Made by a program: the position numbers and the translations under genes. The notes under the pieces are model-generated. The model did no database searches and was not told the origin of the DNA. It was given only the letters and a program-made list of their open reading frames with translations. A DNA stretch of 64,000 nt, taken from NCBI GenBank assembly GCA_965644315.1, contig CBFFRQ010000030.1, forward strand, positions 186,001 through 250,000. The letters are read 5' to 3'. How positions within the stretch are numbered: the stretch's first letter is position 1; the number at the start of each line of letters is the position of its first letter. Positions 51,601-63,148 of the stretch are shown piece by piece. Source of the stretch: Caecitellus pseudoparvulus. Taxonomy: Eukaryota; Protista; Bigyra: Bicosoecida.

Positions 51601-54493
51601 AGGCAATGCTTGCAGGGGGATGGGGTGCCCACGAGTGTGCTTGGGCGGCGTGGGGCGGGGGGGCAGCCTGCCCTGCGAATGGCACTGGGACTTGCCCAGG
51701 CACGCTGGGTGCCATGCCCCACGCCGGAGCTTGGCTGGCCGTGGGCATGGGCAACCTGGGGAACAGCCCCTCCTGTGGCTCGCCCCCGAAGAGCGCTGCC
51801 CCGCTTGGCACGTACTGCCGAGTGGCAGGGTCGTACAGCGGGATGTCCTGGTTGCTGCCAGGGAAGGGGACTGCCGCGGGTTCGGGTGGAGGAACAAGCC
51901 CTTGCTGGGCAAATGCCCAACTGTCCCCCACGCCGTACTCTGCGCCAATGACGTATCCGCGGTCTGGAGCTGCCTCAGGAAGGGCACCTGGCGAACGGAC
52001 TGGACTTTGGTGACTTGCAGGGCTGGTGGGACTGTGTCCTGGCGCGGCGGTGAAGCCTTGCCCCACCCGCATGCCCATGCCTAGCGCCATGGCCAACTGC
52101 GCTGCCACATCAGGTGCGCCCTGGCCTCTTGGGCTTCCCCTGCTGTCCCGCCGATTATGGCGGCGTCTGGACCTGTGCCGGCTGCGGCGCCGGTGCGACG
52201 GTGACTCGCCGCGGCGGTCTCTGCGGCCGTGCCTGGAGCTGCCGCGATGCCTGTGGCGGTCAGACTTGCGAGCCGTGCGGCTCCTGCTCTTGTGTTTCCT
52301 GCGCCTCCTGTGGTCCGAGCGGACACTGGACGCCCTAGAGGCTCTGGAGCCTGCAGATGACCCTGACGCGGCGCTGTCACTGCCCTGCGCATCGCTGCCT
52401 GCACTTGACCAGGGCTCACGAGCGCTGCTGCCACGACCCCCCCTCGACTGCCGCTGTGCTGGCTGTTTCTGGGAGGGCCTCGGGCCATCCGATAGCGACG
52501 CTGCTTCGTCACTGCTCGCGTGCACGGACACTGCGGGGGGCGGGGGAGGGGGCGGGTTGGATGCTGCTCGCGCCGCTGCGGCCGTTGCAGCTGCTGCCTC
52601 CGCCCGTGCCAAAGCTGCCTCCTGTCGAGCGGCTGCAGCCTCTCGTGCCGCCGCTGCTTCCCTTGCTTCGGCGGCAGCACGAGCTGCTGAGGCTTCCTCT
52701 GCTGCTCGCAGGGCAGCTCTTTCCCGTTCACTCATCGCCTCTGAATGGGCCTTGTCGACCGACCCCATCGCTGCCTGCACTGCCTCCCGGACCATATCCT
52801 GCAGGTCAGCACCTGACACAGGCGCACTCGGCGGGCTACGCGCAGGGGAGGTGGGCGCCACACCTGGTGAATGGCTGCCCGGGCTGGAGGCGCCAGGCAG
52901 GGACGCGCCCTCCTCAGAACCCGGCAGCGCAGCAGCAGCGCCCTCGTCAGAGACACCTCCCTGCCCTTGCAAGGGCTCTACTGCTGGTCGCACAGGCGTC
53001 GCGTGGACTCCGCTGTCTAAGCCTGCTGGCGGCGTTGCCGTGGCCTCCTTGACGTCTTTCAGAGCTCGCCGAGCTGCTTCAGCCCCAACTTCGGCACGCC
53101 TGGCAGCTGCAGTGGCGGAGTCTGCCGCAGCCATGGCGCCGGCCATGTCACCAGCACCTGCACACTCACCCGCAGCTTCCGCATGCTCGCGCGCAGCAAC
53201 TGCCGCGCTGTGCACACGCCGCTGCGCGGCGGATGCGTCTGCAGAGGCAGCGGACGCCGCAGCACTGTCTGGTTGAGCATCAGCCAAAGAGACTGCTTCG
53301 TGAGCGACCTCATCAGTCTGTGATGCGCAAGCAGTGGCTCGCTCTGCCGCGGCTGCCGCTTCTTGGGCGGTGGCGGTGGCAATGCGCACTTGGCGCTGAT
53401 GTCTTGCTGCTGCTGCACGCTCCTCTGCCTCGCGCTGTGCCGCTGCGGCCTCGGCTGCTGCTGCACGCTCCTCCGCTTCGCGTTGTGCCGCTGCGGCCTC
53501 GGCTGCTGCTGCACGCTCCTCTGCCTCCCGCTTCAGCTCTGCAGCCTCCTCCGCGGTCAACCTCGGCGGAGAGGTGGAGGCTGCAGAAGAGGGAGTCCCT
53601 GACACTGCTGCTGAACCACCCTCGTCCTCGGCAGATGCGGCGGGGGAGGTGTGGGGCGAACGCCGAGCAGAGTCACGGGCCGGCGAGGCAGGTGCTTCGC
53701 TGCCCGAGTCTGAGCGGGTGTCCACAGGCCACACCCGCTCACACAGACCTGTCGCTGCGTCGTATTCCGGCACAGTCACTTCGTCTGTCAAGTACTGCAC
53801 CAGCCAAATGCGCCCTTCTCCCTGCGCGCCGGCTGGCACTTCTTGGCTGGGCAGGCGCAGGGCCCGACGCTGCAGGCCGACTGGGTGCACCACAAGTGCC
53901 CACTCTACCACTACGCTACCCTCCTTCTCTATGGGCAGCAGGGGTGGGTTGCCGTACTCGTCAGTGTCATCCTGCTCCCCGCGCAAGTATGCCTGCAGGA
54001 CAGAGGGTGCCTCGGCTCCCACCGGCAGTCGCACAGCGCGCGTTGTGTTTTCGTCATCTCCGGGAAGAGACCCAAGGTGAGCGCTTTCTTCCGATGACAG
54101 ACTGAGGTAGGTGTAACCATCATTCCGCCACTCTGGGAGTCGCGCCTCGTCCACGATGAAGAGTGAGCCAGAGTCCTGCACAGGAGGCCCGTTGAAAGCG
54201 TGCCAGCACCAGGCCAGCCAACACCCAGCACAGCGCACGACTCACTGGCCTCACCGGCGGCCCCACCGGTCCAACAGCTTCATAAATGATATCCACCGCT
54301 CGTCGCGCGCCATGGCGCAGGAAATCAATGCCATCACCTGCCAAGGGGTCAATGCAGCGGCGGGTGCGCAACGCACATGAAACTCAACGTCCGCAACGGC
54401 GATCTCACCCAGAGCTATCCAGTCCTCGCGGGCATCCTGCACCAGGGATGCAAAGTACTGCGGCAACCATGCATCAACGTCCTGCTGGGCCAT
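48668..54493 (-). CDS. Large protein with an N-terminal CG-1-like domain, an IQ-like motif and a C2 domain, 3 exons
   Basis: Splicing introns 54338-54408 and 54176-54245 gives LVQDAREDWIALGDGIDFLRH...PPVRPDSGSLFIVDEARLPEWRNDGY (CG-1-like). Also LPGLLRGWQVRSLF (IQ-like) and IDEAEGL...SRDPFA...GTLSPSW...LRVEVRDSDRFAKDTFLG (C2). Confidence 0.7.
53405..53530 (-). repeat. 48-bp coding tandem repeat (REAEERAAAAEAAAAQ) x ~2.6
   Basis: Direct repeat visible in both DNA and protein. Confidence 0.85.
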
Positions 54494-54946
54494 GCTATTC
54501 TGCAAGCTGCAGCCCTCCTCAAAGATGCTGCCAGTGTCGCCGCAGCAGGCTGGGCAGGTGGGCTTGGCAGCTGGCGCGACGTCAGCGTTCACACAGCCTC
54601 AACAACCCTTTCGCAGACGCATCGGCACGTCGAGGCTCTTGCCTGGTGCAAAAGGGCGTCGACGGTGCGGGGATCCTCGAAAGTATCGTGTGGACTCTGC
54701 GATGTGCCTGTTGAGGGGCGTTGCGAGCCTGCTCAGCTTGGGATCCGGTAGGCGGCACAACCTTCGGGGACGGGCGAGCTCAAAACCGACATCCGCAAGG
54801 GGTCAACGTGAACATCCTTGCCCCAGGGGTAAACTACTCGGGTCCTTTCCTTGCTTGCAGTTCCAGCGTGCTCGCTCTACGCTGTGCAGCGGCCTTGGTG
54901 ACGTGCGGTAATTGAACCTGACCCTTACACCGCAGTGCCGTGTTGC

Positions 54947-56938
54947 ATGGCGACTCAGGAGGACGCACTTGCGGACTCTGGCACAGATCTGCCAGTGCAT
55001 AGTAGGGAATCTTGCGAACCAAGCCTTGGCGTTGGGCCCGGGGCAGCGTCACCGCCAGAAAGCGACGAAGAGAGCCCGCCAAGCACGGCAACTTGTCACG
55101 ATGATGCTGCCTCCGCCGCCGAGGAGGACGCCCCTGCCCTGGCAGGCGGCGCCACGTGCGTCGATGAGTCGATAGATGCAAACACTCAGATGCATGCCTT
55201 CCTTCGGCACGGGACAGTGCCTTGCCTGGGCCACGTGGGCAGCATTCCGTGTGCCAGCTGCGGGCCAGCGAAGGAGGACGCGGCTGCGGGGAAGAAGCGC
55301 GCAAAGCCGTCGAAACGGCGCCGCAAGCCCGACGACAGCTTGTACCACATCAGCGACACGCTGTCTGACCAAGCAAAGCAAATCCTAGACCGTGTCAGGG
55401 CTCGATTCGACACCATGGACGCCTTCGTCGAGGCGGCCTTCGGACCCTGCATCTCTCGGCAAGCTGCCCACACATTCCTGACCGGGTACCTGAAAGCTAA
55501 TGGCATTGCTGGGAAGCTGAACGTCCAGTGGGACCCGCAGCTGAACGTGGGGGGGAGGGTGTTCGTGGCCCTGCACAGCAAGCACCCAGAGAAACGCAGG
55601 TTCACACTGAAAGTGTACGACCCCACGCTTGCCCCCGCGCCTGCACACGCAGACACACACACTGACGAGTGTGCAGGTGCCAGTGAGCAAGTGGGCAGTG
55701 GAGCCAAGAGCACCTCCCAGCAGGCAGTGCCATCTGCGTCCACTGTGCTCCGGGAGCAGGGCATCGTGTCGTTCGCAGACCACGAGCTGGGCTGCCACCT
55801 GGTGCGTTCCCTGAACGACGGGCACCAGGTGTGGGCGGGGCGGCGGAAGTCATTCGGCCTGCAGGCCTGCCCGAGGGCACAGCTTGCGACTGAAGAAGGT
55901 CTTGCTTCGCTCCACTCTGCCCTGGCATCCAAGGCCCCAACGCTGTTCTTCACGGCGCTGCTGTACTACACCGCCGCCTGCGCCGCCACCATGGGTTTCA
56001 CGGAACTGTTCAACCACCTGGAGCCGTACGTCCCCGACCCACACGCGCGTTTTCGGCAAGTTGCGCGCGCCAAGTACGGCATGTGTCGACCTGAGATGCC
56101 AGGCGGGAACGGCAAGGGCCAGGCGTACTTTGAAGGCAACGTTGCAATCCTGCAGTCCCTCGCGACCTTGGACATCCGCCTGCTGTACTGCGGCAAGCTG
56201 ACTTTGCAGGACATGGCTCAGCCACGCATCAAGAGACTGGCGAGGACGGGGTCCCTGGCCCTGCCTTCATTCGTGAAAGATGCGCCTGACTTCCTCAAGC
56301 GACTGCGAGCGCTGGGCGTGTCCAGCGGCATCATCCCGCCCAGGCTGCCAAGGCTGGTGCAGCCACGAGCCGGGGCGGCCTCTCAAGCATCCAACCCACG
56401 ATCCACTGTTTCTGGTGTGGCGCCTACGTTGCCTTCCTCGCCACAGACTGAACCGGTTGCTGGCAGCCCGCGGAGCGAAACTGACACGCCACCAGCTGAC
56501 ACCAAGGAGAGCGCAGGCGAGGCAGCACCTGCCACGGAGGACGGCACACCACGCCCAGCATCACCGCCCGTGACAGACCTTCCCCGTGTTCATGCCTGGC
56601 ACGGCGCCTTGCCCAAGCTCGTGTCACCGCTTCGCCCGGCACAACCTGCCTCAGCACGGGCAGTCACCGCTGCGAGCGGGAAGCGAGTGCGGGTGCCTAG
56701 GCGCCGGAGGAGGAGTGCGTCCTCGCTCCCAGACATCGGGCGGGGTGTCGTCACGACGCAGGCGTCCCCGCCCGTCTCTCCCGTGCGCATGCAAGATTTG
56801 TTCCCAGGCACCGCGGCAGCCCTGCCTTGCGCTGTGGTGCCCGCCTTCAATGGAAAAGTAGAAGGGCGGACAGGGGGCAGCCATACAGCTGGGAAACGCA
56901 CTGTAGTCAGCAATGGGTGGGTGCAGACATTGCATTGA
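54947..56938 (+). CDS. MATCAP/KIAA0895-like (DUF1704) tubulin tyrosine carboxypeptidase
   Basis: LREQGIVSFADHELGCHLVRSLND (HExxxH), ATEEGLASLHS, ALLYY, FTELFNHLEPYVPDP..RF..V.RAK.G, KGQAYFEG and LLYCGKL. Confidence 0.85.
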   Translation: MATQEDALADSGTDLPVHSRESCEPSLGVGPGAASPPESDEESPPSTATCHDDAASAAEEDAPALAGGATCVDESIDANTQMHAFLRHGTVPCLGHVGSIPCASCGPAKEDAAAGKKRAKPSKRRRKPDDSLYHISDTLSDQAKQILDRVRARFDTMDAFVEAAFGPCISRQAAHTFLTGYLKANGIAGKLNVQWDPQLNVGGRVFVALHSKHPEKRRFTLKVYDPTLAPAPAHADTHTDECAGASEQVGSGAKSTSQQAVPSASTVLREQGIVSFADHELGCHLVRSLNDGHQVWAGRRKSFGLQACPRAQLATEEGLASLHSALASKAPTLFFTALLYYTAACAATMGFTELFNHLEPYVPDPHARFRQVARAKYGMCRPEMPGGNGKGQAYFEGNVAILQSLATLDIRLLYCGKLTLQDMAQPRIKRLARTGSLALPSFVKDAPDFLKRLRALGVSSGIIPPRLPRLVQPRAGAASQASNPRSTVSGVAPTLPSSPQTEPVAGSPRSETDTPPADTKESAGEAAPATEDGTPRPASPPVTDLPRVHAWHGALPKLVSPLRPAQPASARAVTAASGKRVRVPRRRRRSASSLPDIGRGVVTTQASPPVSPVRMQDLFPGTAAALPCAVVPAFNGKVEGRTGGSHTAGKRTVVSNGWVQTLH

Positions 56939-56959
56939 AAAGGCTGGGCCAGTGCGCCC

Positions 56960-57642
56960 TCAAATGTGCACCCCCAGGTCGGTGGCAGCGCCGTTGTTGA
57001 CGGCAGACCAGGCCATGTCCCCGAACATGCGGAAGTCAGACATGAGAGAGTACGTCGGGTAGATGAAGGTTGCAGGCTTGTTGTGCTCGAAGCCGAAGTG
57101 CCCGAGCCATGCGAAGAAATAGCCGCACAGCGGCACCATGAGGGCAAGAGGCAGGCTGCCCGTGCTGCGGTACGCAAGGTACAGGAACAGGGGCAACACG
57201 AGAGCAGCCTCGGCGATGCCGTACTCCATGTGCTGGAACAGGGGGAACACCTGTGGCGGGGCGAGCGGAGCAGTGAAGGGCAGTGCACGTGCGCCGAAGC
57301 TCAGGCCAGACGCACAGCATACCCGACCGAGCCGGCTGCGGCCATGGCCAGCGCCAGGCTGGGGAAACGCAGCAGCAACAGACAGATAATGGATGTCCCT
57401 GCAAAGTGCAGGCGCTTGCACGTCTGGTCACTGTGCTCTGACAAGTAGAAAGGGTAGAACTCCTCCCACGTGTTGTAGGGCTTGTTGGCGTGGGGAGGGG
57501 GCAGCTTCAGCTGGTCCCCCATCTCGCTGTGGAGGTACTGCACGCCCACACCCACTGCAGCGACGAGGATGGACTCAAAGTTCCTGGCCAGGGCGCTGCT
57601 CTCGCTGCCCTGCCCAGATTTGCTTGCCTGAGTCGAAGTCAT
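56960..57642 (-). CDS. DUF962 (Mpo1-like) membrane protein, 2 exons
   Basis: FYPFYLSEHS..CKRLHFAGT, then GYFFAWLGHFGFEHNKPATFIYPTYSLMSDFRM after intron 57251-57315. Confidence 0.9.
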
Positions 57643-58036
57643 GGCTGTGATGTGGGAGGGTGATGGCGTGGTGCGCTCTGACGAAGGGAGCGCAGGGGGT
57701 TGACGGATAGAGCACGATGGCAAAGAAAGTGGGGGGGGTGGGGGGCGAGGGACTATCTTTTGTGAGGCACAGCGTTTTGGGCGAAGTCGTCCAACTGCTT
57801 ACGGTCTGTCGCCTGCACGCTCCCGCAAAATCCGCAGTGGACTGGGAAGGAATGCTGCGCGCTGGCCAACGCAGCGACACGCCTTGCTGCGTGCACATGC
57901 AGCGACGGTTCAAATTTTACACAAGATGCGCCCGACGCAGCCGGGCTGTTGCACTCCGCACGCTTGCGCGGGTACGCGCAGCTCATCTCACTGCTTCGCG
58001 GCTGTGGGCGTTTGGGACTGGGCAGCACAAGTTGCA

Positions 58037-59669
58037 ATGGGTACGAAAGCCCTGGATCCCCACGTGTGGCATGCCCCCCATATCTAGCTGGCCCCCGCAG
58101 ATGTTCTGGCCGTTGGCCGCTCCCTGGCACCATGGGTTCCGATGGCATCGCCTCCCCGACAGGTGCGAGGTGACCCGATTTCCGCAAGCTGCCGCTCCCC
58201 CACCCCTGTCCTGGCGCCCACAGAATCCGAGCTTTGCATCTCGCAAGTGGACGACGTTCGCATGCCTTGTTCTGTATCTGGTGCTGTGTGGCACACCCCT
58301 GTGGGGTCCCACCCTGCCGCCCTCCGTGGTGCATACTGGCCTGGCTGAGGTGCTCATTCCCCGCGGCAGTGTCATGGAGCTGGCCCTGCTCTCTCTGCTG
58401 GCCGCCCAAATGCTCTTGCCGGCCCTGGCACGCCCCAAGCTGCTGCAAGAAGCTGACAAGAAAGCGCCCAAAGACCGCACACCGGCTGAACAAGACGCCG
58501 CAGTGGTCTTCTCCTGCGTCGTGGTCAAGGCGGCGGCCATGCTGCTGAGCACGACCCTGGCACTCCTCGCCGCCGCGGCAGGGGCGTATGGAGACTTGAG
58601 CAGCACGTGGTTGGGCTTCACTGGCGCTGCTGTCGCCATTGCCGCGCAGTCGGCCGTCGCCACCCTGCTGCTGGGCCTGCTGGATGAGACGCTGCGCATG
58701 CACAGCCTGTTCAAAAACGGCACAGCAGCCCTCATCGCCACCTCTGCTGCCACGAATTTCGTGTGGAAGCTGTTCAGTTGGACCCCCCTCACGACCCAGT
58801 CTGGGGGTGATGTGGAGGGCGCCCTCACCTCCCTGGCTGCCCCGCTGCTAGGCTTGGTCAGCGGCAGCAACGCCACATCGCCCCAGGAGCCGTGGGTATC
58901 CACTGCACTAGCCCGCATGACCAGCGGTGCCCCCACACTCATGGGTGGTGTGGGTACGCTGGTGGTGCTGGCAGTCGCCCTTGGGGCACTGGGCATCGCC
59001 TACCGTACCAAGGTGTACCTCGCCGCGCACCGGAAACCGGAGGTGCACACTATGGCCCCCGTGTACCACGCCCTGCCCATCACAGCGCTCGTGGCCACTG
59101 CAGTGCTGCTGCACCTGCCTGCCCTGATGGCAGGTGACGTGTCGGGGGGGGGGCTGCTGGCCCAGTTGGCGCCTGTACAGGGGCTGCTCAGCGCGGCGCC
59201 CCTTCACACGGTGTTCCGGAGCATGTACGTCGTCATGGCCTGCTTTCTGACACCCCGCCTGTGGGCCGAGAGCCTGTCCCCTGCCTTGACACGGGAGGGG
59301 CTGGTGGCCTCCCTCACCAAGCGCAACGTGAAGATCCAGGCAGCACGCAACGACCCAGCGGCCCTCGACAGGGTGCTGGGCTCTGCCGCGGCCCTGTCCA
59401 TGACCATGGGGCCCCTCGTCCTCGCAGCGTGCCAGTTGTGTGTGGAGCTCACGGGCGCCTTTGCCTCAGCCCCAGTGCTGTTCGTGGTGGCTCGCTTCCT
59501 GGGGGACAGCGCACAGCCCCTCATGCTGGCCTTGAGGGGGGTGGACGTGGACTTATTGCAGGCACAACAGCATGCCATGCAGCGCCAAGCTGCAGGCCCG
59601 TCCTCGGGGCAGCGGCGACACCCTTCCAGTGGAGGGCGTGACGGCAGGCGTGCTCGGCGTCGAAAGTAG
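58037..59669 (+). CDS. Highly divergent Sec61-alpha/SecY-family protein, 3 exons
   Basis: Exons 58037-58040, 58101-58162 and 58224-59669 give MDVLAVGRSLAPWVPMASPPRQNPSFASRKWTT..LVLYLVLCGTPLWG, RGSVMELAL, GAYGD, LLGLLDETL, LIATS...VWKLFS, DVEGAL and LVASLTKRNVKIQAAR. These are colinear with Sec61-alpha; about 10 TM helices. Confidence 0.85.
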
Positions 59670-60030
59670 TGCTGACCCTGTGCAGGCGCCCCGGGTCACA
59701 ACCGAGCATCGCTCAAGAATACAATCAATACCCTCTTCACACTCGATCCATGTTTGTGGCGCTGGACCACTTCCTGTCCCTCGCTGCACTTCTGGGCCTT
59801 GAGTTTGCTCGCAAGTGGCAAGGCGAGGGGCCAGCGTTTCACTCCAGCACACAGTCTATCCTGCGTGGCTCGATTCGTTACAGCAGCACCACAGAGGGAT
59901 TCTAGCACAGTGCAACACGCACATACACGTGCCATTCTGTCGTTTGTTTTGGTGCACGTTTGCGGCGTGCGGTTCCCTTCCCTAGTTCGACACTGGTGCT
60001 GGAGCAAGCCAGAGTTTCACTCGACGAAGC

Positions 60031-62156
60031 ATGGCCGGAGCTGGCGGGGGCACCGCCTTCGTGTCCCTGCCACTGCTGACAGCAGCCTTCTGTGTTCAGG
60101 GGCTCTCTGTACCTGCCATTTTCGCCTGCCTTGGATTGGTGCATGTTGCAGCTGCTTTTAGACACGGTGCGCATTCCTTTGCCAGGCCCTGGCCCACTGG
60201 CACCCACCCGCTTGCACTTTGCGGCGGCGCAGATCAACCAACGAGTGGATCCAGGCAGAAGGTAAGAGGACGATGCTGCCTCGCTGTGGGTGGCGCGTGT
60301 CTTTCACACCGCCGCCGCCCTTGCCTATGCAGCGCCTGTTGCGCAGCACTCAGATGGATGCCGCGGCTGCCCTCATGCAAGGGCTGGTGGTGGCCTGCAC
60401 GCTCTTGACAGGACCAACGCCCATCGTAGGGTTTTGGGCTTTTCGCCATGGCCTCATTTTGAAGACTGTTCACTGGCGGCAGGCCAAGCGCTTGGACGTG
60501 CATGCCCTGTTCTGCTACGTGGCGTGCCTCGTACTGCTGCCCTTCACAGGGGACGGCGGCCTGGCGCCACCACACATGACATGGAGCCATGTGCTTGTAG
60601 GGCACTGTTGCATGTTCTGTGCGCTGTGGTTGTCGCGCTGGCTGCAGCAGCACCCTGCCACGCGTGACGCCAAGCAGCCCCTCATCCCCACTCAGACAGC
60701 AGAACGCAGCACGGCACCTCCAGCACCCGCCCTCACTGCAGCACGCATTGTAGCCCGGTCTGCGGGCCTCCTCATCCCTGTGGGCGTCCTCCTCTTGGTG
60801 TGGCAACCCCCTGTCGCTCCAGCACCTCCTGGGTGGCCTCTCGCTGCCACGTGCATGGCAGCCTGGGCTCTATGGGCGGCGGCAGAGGAGTGGGCGCACT
60901 GGCTCCCGCTGCCCCTTCCCGCCATGTCAAGTGACGCTGCCGCAGCTGTACATGTGTGTGTGCTCTTGGCCATGACTCCCCTGGAGCTGTCCGTTCACGC
61001 GGCGCTGCATGTCGCCATCGCATGCTCGCGGGCACTGGTGCACCTGGCTCGCCCAGCCGTGCAAGTGTCCCTCGCGTCAGCTTCCTTGGGCCACGACCAA
61101 GGCGCAAAGGCGTGGGATCTCGTTAGACAACGACTCGGTCGTTTGCAGGCCGGTGCCCTGGGCTGGGTCTCGGCTGCAGCAAGCAGCACTCTCAATGTGC
61201 TGTCGCTGCTGGCCACCGCACCTGCCACGCGTGCTGTCTTCGCCTTCCTACTCCTAAATGTCGCTCTCATGCTCGCTGAGCTGGGCACTGGGTGGTGGGC
61301 CAATAGCCTGTCCCTAATGTCTGATGCTGCACACATGGCGTCAGACTGCATGTCGCTGGCGATCGGGCTAGCAGGCGCGTTCGTGGCAGCGCGCAGTGGC
61401 CGCGCAGGGAGCCACAGCCGAGCAGAGGCCTGGGCAGCGCTGGCAAACGGCTGCATCCTGCTCGCCTCAGCCGCCTTGGTGTTGTGGTCGGCTGTCCATC
61501 GCTTGATTGACCCGCCTGAGATGAACACAGACTTCTTGCTCCCCGTGAGCCTGGCAGGGCTGGTCGTGAACCTCATCGGCCTTGCATTCTTTCACGAGCA
61601 TGCGGGGCATGGACATGGGCATTGCCACGGGCACAGCCACGGGCACAGCCACGGGCACAGCCACGGGCACAGCCATGGGCATGGGCAGTGCCAAGGGGGG
61701 GGAGGGCATGCAAGCAACATGCACGCTATTTTCCTGCACGTGCTGGCCGACACTCTGGGGAGCATCAGCGTTATCGCTTCCTACGTGCTGTACCAAGTCT
61801 ACGGCTGGACGCTGGCTGACCCTGTCTGCTCCATCCTCATCGCCCTCCTCATCGTCCTGGCTGTGTGGCCCCTGCTGCAGAGCTCGTGGGCCCAGGTACG
61901 AAGCGCATCCCCCGAGGCCGCCGGGCAGCAGCAAGTCCACCTGCCTCCCCCGGTAACGAGCGCAATCTTGGCACTGCCTGGCGTGACGGCGGTGACCGCC
62001 ACTCAGCAGATCGGCGCCGGCACGGGGGGGCTGCTCGTCACTGTATCCTGCGGCAGCTCACCTCCACAAGAGACAGACATTCAGCGCACCCTGAGATTGC
62101 ACGGCCTACTTGGGAGCACACTCATCTTGCACAGTGTGGAGAGCAAGGCAGAGTGA
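60031..62156 (+). CDS. Zn-type cation diffusion facilitator with an N-terminal multi-TM extension (ZnT5/Msc2-like)
   Basis: SLSLMSDAAHMASD (HxxxD), a His-rich loop, NMHAIFLHVLADTLGS and ADPVCSILIA. Upstream exons are joined by short introns; the true start may be as far upstream as 59750. Confidence 0.88.
61625..61686 (+). repeat. 12-bp repeat (CCACGGGCACAG) encoding the HGHS His-rich loop
   Basis: About 4-5 tandem units. Confidence 0.9.
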
Positions 62157-62181
62157 CGCGCAGTGGGTCGCGGCAGGGCAG

Positions 62182-62886
62182 TCATGCTTTGCCCACGGAG
62201 GCTGCAGCTGTGGCAGGGTCTTCCAACGCCTTGGCTGTGGGGCGCACCTCATACACCGCGTCGACGATGCCCCGCTTCCACTTCATGTTCACCCCCTTGA
62301 AGCCGATGTAGTGGATCTTGCACTCTGTGTCTTCCCCGCCCACGGAGCGCGTGAAGAACATGGTCAGGGTGTGCACTGAGCTGAACTTGGACGTGCGCAG
62401 GGGGTAGTCGATTTCGCCAGCCACGTCCACGTTCAACGCCAGGACTTGCGTGGCCTTCAACTCGTGGCCATTCTCAAAGTCAATGTCGTCCCTGTTCGTG
62501 AACAGACGAACCTCCACCGGGTGCTGGGCGTCGCCGTCCCCCGCAATGCACACAGACTTGATCTTTGCCGCAGCGGTGAAAGGCACGTGGATGATGAGCT
62601 CGGGGTCCCCCTCGTTGGACACGACGCGGCAAGACTTGTCAGCTCGGAACTCTTGGGGCCGGAACACTGTCTTGGCGCTGCCCTCCTCCTCCTCGTTCAA
62701 TGCTCGCACCTTCTCCACGTCGATCAAGGAGTACAGGCTCTCGCCCTCGGCGTCTGCCTCTTCGTGGCAGCCACAGGCGCATCCTGCAGGGTGGTTACCT
62801 GTACCCGAGGAAAAGCAGGGCGTGACTTGTGCATACTATAGTGTCACATATAGGGCTCGTGCGCAGCACGCACCAGCATTGGCCAT
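62182..62886 (-). CDS. PITH-domain protein (PITHD1-like), 2 exons
   Basis: MANAG joined via intron 62799-62873 to NHPAGCACGCHEE..SLYSLID...DPELIIHVPFT..KIKSVCI...LFTNRDDIDF...IHYIGFKG...AVYEVRP. Confidence 0.9.
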
Positions 62887-63148
62887 CGTGCGGGCTTGGC
62901 ACACTTGCGGAAATCGACTGCAACGCGAGCAAAGATGAAGTGCTTGAGCGTGAGAGTGGTTCAATCGCCACACTGAAAATGGGTTCAGCACATGTTTGGG
63001 ATATATAGTTTGAATTCTCTACCTGCAGTGCCCGCCTTTGGAACTGCACAGACAGGAACCACCCCCCCCCCTGAATCCGCTCGAAGGAGCACTGGAGCAG
63101 GCCCGCGTTTCGCAGCGCTCTGCGCAGCAGGCCTCCGAGCTGCATGGC

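Noticed and set aside
10502-59669. Functional clustering of RAMP4 with the Sec61-alpha paralogue
   Set aside because: They are about 47 kb apart with many unrelated genes between, so co-occurrence is probably chance.
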